Origin: Candidatus Latescibacterota bacterium
Lineage (GTDB): Bacteria > Latescibacterota > UBA2968
NCBI GenBank assembly: GCA_965208125.1
Contig: OZ242320.1
Location: forward strand, 5,056,001-5,120,000
Length of the DNA: 64,000 nucleotides
Direction of reading: 5' to 3'
The position numbers were made by a program, and so were the translations under genes. Position 1 is the stretch's first letter, and the number at the start of each line of letters is the position of its first letter. This document shows, piece after piece, positions 58,541 to 64,000 of the stretch. The notes under the pieces are model-generated. The model searched no databases. It was not told where the DNA came from and saw nothing but the letters and a program-made list of their open reading frames with translations.

Positions 58541-59723
58541 CGAATCTATCTATTCGTCTAACAGCCAGCGCGACAGCCTCGCCTCCGCCAATGCAGAGTG
58601 CGGCAATACCAATGCGCTTGTCGGCGCGTTTTAAAGCGTGAATAAGAGTTACGAGAATGCGCGTGCCGCTCGCCCCAATGGGATGCCCAAGTGCGACAGC
58701 ACCGCCATTGACATTGAGTTTTTCTGCCGGGATGTCCAGATCATGGGCCGCCGCCATTGGAACGCCGGAAAAGGCTTCATTGATTTCAAACAGATCGATA
58801 TCCGCGACCGCAAGGGAGAGTTTGGATAAAAGTTTGGAGATGGCACCAATAGGCGCGAGCGTGAACCACTCCGGCTCCTGAGCGTGTGTGGCATAACCCA
58901 AAATCTCAACTTCGGGTGTGATACCGCAATCTTCTGATTTTTCACCTGAAAGGACGATAACAGACGCTGCACCATCGTTGATACTCGACGCATTGCCGGG
59001 CGTCACCGTGCCGTCTTTTGAAAACGCAGGGCGCAGTTGTCGGAGTTTGTCCTCGTCAAATCTCAGGGGTTCTTCATCCCGGTCTATAGTCGTAATTGTC
59101 TTGCCAGCGGGTGCTTTTACAGGCACAATCTCGCTGCGGAATTGGCCTTCTTTATCGGCGCGAAGTGCTCTTTTATAGCTACTGATGGCAAAATTATCCT
59201 GGTCTTCGCGTGAAAAATCGTAGCGTTCAGCACATCGGTCGCCACAGGTACCCATATGCAGGTCATTGTACACATCCCATAAGCCATCGCGGATCATTGA
59301 ATCGACGAGTTCGCCTGCCCCCAGTCTGTAACCCGTTCGCGCTTTTTCGAGAAGATAGGGCGCGCAACTCATGTTTTCCGTGCCCCCTGCAAGGATCAAG
59401 TCGGCATCGCCACACTGGATGGCCTGCGCGGCGAGCATAACGGATTTGAGGCCCGAACCGCAAACTTTGTTGACCGTTGTTGCCCCCGCAGAAGTATCGA
59501 GACCCGCGCCAATGGCAACTTGACGCGCGACATTTTGCCCCAACCCCGCACTGAGCACATTGCCAAAAATCACTTCATCGACATCGTCGCCGAGTATGCC
59601 CGCCTGCGCTATTGAAGCCGCCGCAACCGCACTGCCCAATTCAGGAGCAGACACCTCGGCAAAGCCGCCCATAAATCCACCAATAGCTGTGCGTTTGCTC
59701 CCGGTGATATAAATGTGTTTCAT
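58512..59723 (-). CDS. Acetyl-CoA C-acetyltransferase (thiolase II)
   Basis: RTAIG, NKVCGSG, GNASSINDGA, EINEAF, GHPIGASG, CIGGG. Confidence 0.93.
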   Translation of the reverse strand: MKHIYITGSKRTAIGGFMGGFAEVSAPELGSAVAAASIAQAGILGDDVDEVIFGNVLSAGLGQNVARQVAIGAGLDTSAGATTVNKVCGSGLKSVMLAAQAIQCGDADLILAGGTENMSCAPYLLEKARTGYRLGAGELVDSMIRDGLWDVYNDLHMGTCGDRCAERYDFSREDQDNFAISSYKRALRADKEGQFRSEIVPVKAPAGKTITTIDRDEEPLRFDEDKLRQLRPAFSKDGTVTPGNASSINDGAASVIVLSGEKSEDCGITPEVEILGYATHAQEPEWFTLAPIGAISKLLSKLSLAVADIDLFEINEAFSGVPMAAAHDLDIPAEKLNVNGGAVALGHPIGASGTRILVTLIHALKRADKRIGIAALCIGGGEAVALAVRRIDRFVTDPEDRRA

Positions 59724-59858
59724 AACCATTCCTCCATTTTGTAAGATTACCAAGATACATCCAGACTGAGAAATAATGCAAGAAATAAGAAAGCAGTAAG
59801 ACGCAAAAGGTAATGGGAAACTACTCCATCCTCACGTCCCACATCTAACCGTTTTATT

Positions 59859-60209
59859 ATGAAATATTTAATCACTATTGCCCTGTGTATCATTTTATGT
59901 GCATTAATCCTCATGATGGCCTGTTCTGCACCCCCCGATGGCAAAACTGTATTTATCGAATCGGGTTGTGCAAGATGCCATGAAATCAATGGCTCTGGCA
60001 GTTCTCAGGCACCGCAATTAGAGGGCTTACAAAGCAAGTGGACACCCGAGTCACTAGAAGAATTTCTGATTGATCCCCCGGCTTATGCAAAAGATAATGC
60101 CCGATTGCTGGCGTATCAAAAACAATACCCAACGCCAATGCCCAGACTTGAAATCGCACCTGCACGGCGAAAAATACTCGTCCAATATCTCCTTAAAAGG
60201 TATCCATGA
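59859..60209 (+). CDS. Monoheme c-type cytochrome lipoprotein
   Basis: Lipobox MMAC; CARCH; distal MP. Confidence 0.85.
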   Translation: MKYLITIALCIILCALILMMACSAPPDGKTVFIESGCARCHEINGSGSSQAPQLEGLQSKWTPESLEEFLIDPPAYAKDNARLLAYQKQYPTPMPRLEIAPARRKILVQYLLKRYP

Positions 60210-60526
60210 AAAATCAGATTGCCAAAAAATACGAGCGGATCTACAGAGAAGTTGCCAAAATACCCGAAGGAACTGTGGCAACTTATGGGCAGATTGCCGA
60301 GCGGGTTGGGTGTGGACCACGCGAAGTGGGCAGGGCACTATCGGAATTGCCACCCTACACATCCTGTCCTTGGCATCGGGTCATCAATGCGCGAGGGATG
60401 GTGTCCATTCGCAGTGGAAATCACATGGCACATCACGACCAGGAAGCTCGCCTCGAACGAGAAGGCATCGTATTTGTCAATGGCCGCGTCGATCTCGAAA
60501 TTTACAGGTGGGAGGCAGATTTTTAA
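60206..60526 (+). CDS. Alkyltransferase-like protein (Atl1/YbaZ, MGMT family)
   Basis: IPEGTVATYGQIA, PREVG, PWHRV (Trp replacing Cys), LEREG. Confidence 0.88.
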   Translation: MKNQIAKKYERIYREVAKIPEGTVATYGQIAERVGCGPREVGRALSELPPYTSCPWHRVINARGMVSIRSGNHMAHHDQEARLEREGIVFVNGRVDLEIYRWEADF

Positions 60527-60571
60527 GGCCTGAAATGGAATATCTCTGGCAAGACCGTGCAAATTTGTTTA

Positions 60572-60600
60572 TTGACAAGGGTACCAGGTTTTTTTATCAT
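60572..60600 (+). promoter_or_regulatory. Sigma-70-type promoter of the HU-bS22-tRNA locus
   Basis: TTGACA-17 nt-TATCAT. Confidence 0.65.
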
Positions 60601-60656
60601 TCACACTCTTGATAAAGCACAGGAGAACGTCTGGAAATACAGAGAAAGGGGATGCG

Positions 60657-60950
60657 GTGACCAAAGCTGATATTGTCAATCAGATTGCCGAAGCTACGGG
60701 ATTGACCAAAACAGATACCTCTGTCGTTGTAGAGGGCTTTCTCGCCTCGCTCATTGCGGCAATGGAGCAGGGCGAACACGTCGAAATTCGCGGTTTTGGC
60801 ACGTTTAAAATCGTTCACCGCGCACCGCGCACAGGCCGCAATCCCAAAACGGGTGAGGTTGTCAAAATTCCCTCGCGGGCAATGCCCGTGTTCAAGCCCT
60901 CACGCGAACTGCGTAATTCTATTGCGGTTTCTGTTCTTCCATCCAGCTAA
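60657..60950 (+). CDS. HU/IHF-family DNA-binding protein
   Basis: GTG start MTKADIV; EIRGFGTF; RTGRNPKTGE; PVFKPS. Confidence 0.92.
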   Translation: MTKADIVNQIAEATGLTKTDTSVVVEGFLASLIAAMEQGEHVEIRGFGTFKIVHRAPRTGRNPKTGEVVKIPSRAMPVFKPSRELRNSIAVSVLPSS

Positions 60951-60971
60951 TGCACCTACAGGAGGTAGCTC

Positions 60972-61064
60972 TTGCCCAGCGGAAAAAAGCGCAAACGCGC
61001 AAAAATCGCAACGCACAAGCGAAAAAAAAGGCGTCGAAGAGACCGACACAAAAAGAAGATCTAA
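60972..61064 (+). CDS. 30S ribosomal protein bS22 (AURKAIP1/COX24-like), 30 aa
   Basis: AGGAGG RBS, TTG start: MPSGKKRKRAKIATHKRKKRRRRDRHKKKI*. Confidence 0.85.
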   Translation: MPSGKKRKRAKIATHKRKKRRRRDRHKKKI

Positions 61065-61214
61065 AGGCGATATACTACACTGGTATTATGGATTTAGCCC
61101 CTGACCTTGGACCTGGATATGCCGACGTTTTCAGTCACAAACGGCTGTGATACACTCTGGCATAGACCATGAAGCAGGGGCCTATCCATAGTCTGCCTGT
61201 TAGGGAGGTCATCT

Positions 61215-61291
61215 GCGGCATTAGCTCAGTTGGATAGAGCACTGGTCTCCGGAACCAGAGGTCACAGGTTCGAATCCTGTATGTCGCACCA
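61215..61291 (+). tRNA. tRNA-Arg(CCG)
   Basis: 77 nt cloverleaf: GCGGCAT/ATGTCGC acceptor stem, anticodon loop CTCCGGA, GGTTCGAATCC, 3' ACCA. Confidence 0.96.
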
Positions 61292-61296
61292 CAACC

Positions 61297-61337
61297 AATG
61301 GGGCGAGAGTCACAAACGACTCTCGCCCCATTTTTTT
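61297..61337 (+). terminator. Intrinsic terminator after tRNA-Arg
   Basis: 15-bp stem AATGGGGCGAGAGTC/GACTCTCGCCCCATT plus T-tract. Confidence 0.85.
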
Positions 61338-61366
61338 GTATCACTTCGCTACGCCTATGCGTCTAT

Positions 61367-62335
61367 CTACCTTATCAGATCCCGCAACTTCTGAATAAGC
61401 GCGTCCAAACCTTGCCCCGTGACAGAGGAAATTCCCATATCTGTTTGACCTTGAAAAAATGGACCCTTGCGTTGTTCCGGCGGCAACAAGTCCAGTTTGG
61501 TGGCAATAAGCATCGTGGGTTTCTCGCGTAATTTGGGACTGAAACGGTCGAGTTCTTCTTTGAGAACCGCCAAATCGTATTCGGGATTGGGGCTGGCGAC
61601 ATCGACCATAAAAAGGAGAACCCGCGTGCGTTCAATATGGCGCAAAAATTGGAACCCAAGCCCTTTGCCCCGATGTGCCCCTTCAATCAGGCCCGGAATA
61701 TCTGCCATAACAAAGCTATCGTAATCACCGCATTTGACAATGCCCAGATTGGGTTGCAGGGTCGTAAAAGGGTAATCGGCAATTTTGGGTTGCGCCGCAG
61801 AAATTCTGGATAGAAGGGTCGATTTACCTGCATTTGGGTGACCGACCAGACCGACATCGGCGATGAGTTTGAGCTCGAGTTCCAGATGGCGTTCTCGCCC
61901 CGCTTCTCCGGGCTGAACATACTCTGGCGCTCTATTTGTCGATGTGGCAAAACGCGCATTTCCACGACCGCCTCGACCGCCCTCAATCAAAACAACGCGC
62001 TGACCGGGTTCGGTCAAATCCGCGAGAATCTCGCCTGTTTCTGTATCCTTGATGAGCGTGCCAACCGGCACGGGAATTTCAGCATCGTCACCCCGTCGTC
62101 CCGCTCTCTTTTGGCCCGACCCATGTTCTCCCTGCCCTGCCCTCAAGTGTTGTCGATACCGGTAATCGAGCAGTGTGGAAAGGCGCGGGTCCGATATAAA
62201 GACGACATCTCCTCCATTGCCGCCATCGCCGCCATCTGGCCCTCCTCGCGGCACATGCTTTTCTCGGCGAAAGCTTTTGCATCCATTGCCGCCGCTGCCC
62301 GAACGGGCATAAATTCTAGTTAGATCGATAAACAT
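61367..62335 (-). CDS. obg: GTPase ObgE/CgtA
   Basis: FRREKHVPRGGPDGGDGG, GHPNAGKST, ADYPFTTL, ADIPG, FLRHIER, TKLD. Confidence 0.96.
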   Translation of the reverse strand: MFIDLTRIYARSGSGGNGCKSFRREKHVPRGGPDGGDGGNGGDVVFISDPRLSTLLDYRYRQHLRAGQGEHGSGQKRAGRRGDDAEIPVPVGTLIKDTETGEILADLTEPGQRVVLIEGGRGGRGNARFATSTNRAPEYVQPGEAGRERHLELELKLIADVGLVGHPNAGKSTLLSRISAAQPKIADYPFTTLQPNLGIVKCGDYDSFVMADIPGLIEGAHRGKGLGFQFLRHIERTRVLLFMVDVASPNPEYDLAVLKEELDRFSPKLREKPTMLIATKLDLLPPEQRKGPFFQGQTDMGISSVTGQGLDALIQKLRDLIR

Positions 62336-62357
62336 GGGAAAATTGAGCGAACTAACG

Positions 62358-63119
62358 CTATGTTGCGGACTCTGCCTGTGCGCTGCTATTTCTCAAAAGC
62401 AGGGCCTCTTCAATGGGGATATGTTCATCTGCGCTGTTGATGAGATCCCTCGCCGTATTGTAGGTAAAAGAAATGACTTCAACACGCGGTCCCAGGGTTT
62501 TAACGAGTTCGACCAGAGGTACAAAATCACCATCGCCACTTACGAGAACAACGACATCGAGTTTATCGACAAATCTCACGATATCAATGGCCATGCCCAT
62601 GTCCCAATCGCCTTTGGCCGATCCATCACTGCGCTGCCGCAAATCTTTTCTTTTTACTTCGTAGCTCTTTTGCTGGAGCATCGAGATAAAGTTACTCTGA
62701 TCAACATCCGGCGATTGCACCACATAGGCGATAGCGCGGATTAAGCGGCGTTTGCCCACACTGAATTCCAGAAGTTTTTCAAAATCGAGACGCGCATTAA
62801 ATGGTTTTGCGGCATAAAAGATATTCTGCACATCGACAAATATTCCAACCCGCAATTCGGTCGGGGAAATAGCTATACGCCGATCTAATCGGGCGCCAGC
62901 ATTGGCCTGTAGATCGGCGATATTTTTCTGGATTTCATCGAGAATAGAAAAAATTTCTCGGCGTTCTCGCGCACCGCTAATAGCTTCTTTATAAACTCTG
63001 TTCTTAATCTCGCGAAGGTCCCGGATTGCAGCCTGTGCTATAGTCATCTGATCTAATTTTTGCTCGATACGCGCTATGGTTTCTTGTATTTGTACAATCT
63101 GATCGTTAAAGTCTGCCAT
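62358..63119 (-). CDS. NYN-domain (LabA/DUF88) protein with N-terminal coiled coil
   Basis: IFVDVQNI, KGDWDMGMAID, VSGDGDF, L...AD. Confidence 0.85.
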   Translation of the reverse strand: MADFNDQIVQIQETIARIEQKLDQMTIAQAAIRDLREIKNRVYKEAISGARERREIFSILDEIQKNIADLQANAGARLDRRIAISPTELRVGIFVDVQNIFYAAKPFNARLDFEKLLEFSVGKRRLIRAIAYVVQSPDVDQSNFISMLQQKSYEVKRKDLRQRSDGSAKGDWDMGMAIDIVRFVDKLDVVVLVSGDGDFVPLVELVKTLGPRVEVISFTYNTARDLINSADEHIPIEEALLLRNSSAQAESAT

Positions 63120-63122
63120 TTG

Positions 63123-63980
63123 TTATGAAGTCTCCGATATCATTAGTTTGTGTAACCCTGCACCAAAGGCAAGGGCAAATCTGTTCGCGTGTCCAAGTTT
63201 TGCGCGATCTCGTTTTGGCAACTGCGCGGTATCTATACCGCGAAATATTGGATGTTCTGCAAGGCTGAGATGGGCTGGCGAATCAAGCGCCGGTATGTCC
63301 CCGGATAGATAAACTTGTTTGCAGGTGCGGTGTGGAGAACTGGCGAGAGAGAGCCAGCGTTGTAAATTTGAAGAATCAGGACCTGCTGTTTCAACACCGA
63401 TTAAAATACCATTTTCAACGGAAATATAAAAAGATCCAGCAGGCTCTCTGTAAACAGCCATCTGCCTACCCGACTTCCAGACGCCAGCGGGTAGTCCCGT
63501 ACAAAATAAGGCCAGCGGAGCAACGGAGAGATGCATGCGGGTTTCGCCCAGTGCAGAGCACAGGGTTTCGTATGCGTCAATCACTCCGTTGCGTACTGCG
63601 ATCCAAAAAGCCACACGCCCTATCGGAATAAAGTCGATTGCGCTATCGTCAACAGGAGAAATGAGTGCCTGCGATGCTTCCCACAAAATATGCTCGCGGA
63701 GGTCTTCTTTTCCCGCGACTTCAAGAGGAACTTTTTGAATGTGATACAGGCCACCCGAAAGACAAAAAGAAAGTGTGCCGAGCGGTTTTGACAAAAGTTC
63801 AAGTGCTTGCCCCAATTCCTCAACAAAGGATTCAGGTACTTCTTTTTGAGGATCAAAATCAAACACCTCCGATACACGTTGGTTAATCAGACCCCTGAGA
63901 TAATACGCATTGTCCAATTTTTCAAGGTGAGCCACGCGTAGTATATTGCCCGAAATATGAATGCCCGTCGCTGTATTCAT
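63123..63980 (-). CDS. Hypothetical protein, PilM-like (actin-fold) candidate
   Basis: GIHISGNILRVAHL N-terminus, ILWEA...I...IDF, FALAFGAGL C-terminus. Confidence 0.5.
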   Translation of the reverse strand: MNTATGIHISGNILRVAHLEKLDNAYYLRGLINQRVSEVFDFDPQKEVPESFVEELGQALELLSKPLGTLSFCLSGGLYHIQKVPLEVAGKEDLREHILWEASQALISPVDDSAIDFIPIGRVAFWIAVRNGVIDAYETLCSALGETRMHLSVAPLALFCTGLPAGVWKSGRQMAVYREPAGSFYISVENGILIGVETAGPDSSNLQRWLSLASSPHRTCKQVYLSGDIPALDSPAHLSLAEHPIFRGIDTAQLPKRDRAKLGHANRFALAFGAGLHKLMISETS

Positions 63981-64000
63981 GGCGTACTCATCGTAAGGTG

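Noticed and set aside
60545-60562. Third sigma-54 promoter (TGGCAAGACCGTGCA)
   Set aside because: GG-to-GC spacing is 9 nt, not 10; a good sigma-70 promoter lies just downstream
60950-61150. 66-aa ORF from the track
   Set aside because: Shadow frame of bS22, which has the RBS and family-like sequence
61082-61197. SRP (4.5S) RNA
   Set aside because: Lacks the CAGG-stem-GNRA-AGCA domain IV arrangement on either strand

Overview
Bacterial chromosomal window with about 60 CDS, tRNA-Phe(GAA) and tRNA-Arg(CCG). A paired EF-hand/dockerin-like domain, an FCB-type bS22 and many catabolic enzymes suggest a Latescibacterota/Gemmatimonadota-like organism (inference). Housekeeping and catabolic genes (dusB, larB, dapF-like, thiolase, HU, obg, dehydrogenases, amidohydrolases) are interrupted by three defence/toxin-antitoxin islets: 2.9-7.2 kb (type II R-M plus a three-gene HEPN operon), 16.0-18.2 kb (PD-(D/E)xK nuclease plus VapBC45-like pair) and 24.0-26.8 kb (ABC-type ATPase plus DUF4276 and three orphan antitoxins). 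The best candidate for an undescribed system is a 9-kb membrane operon at 33.9-42.9 kb. It encodes a DUF6785/OPT-like protein, a 1509-aa fusion of a degenerate nicalin-like M28 ectodomain to an FtsX permease, and an OPT-like transporter with an apparently circularly permuted Fn3-like insert; an orphan MacB/LolD-type ATPase lies nearby. Features missed or split by the ORF track include a UGA-recoded selenoprotein (UxxC, with a SECIS-like hairpin), ribosomal protein bS22, a hicB pseudogene, a truncated heparinase II/III-like gene, two consensus sigma-54 promoters and a GTAG-REP pair. The DapF homolog has both catalytic Cys replaced by Ser. All family calls come from motif recognition; no database searches were run.
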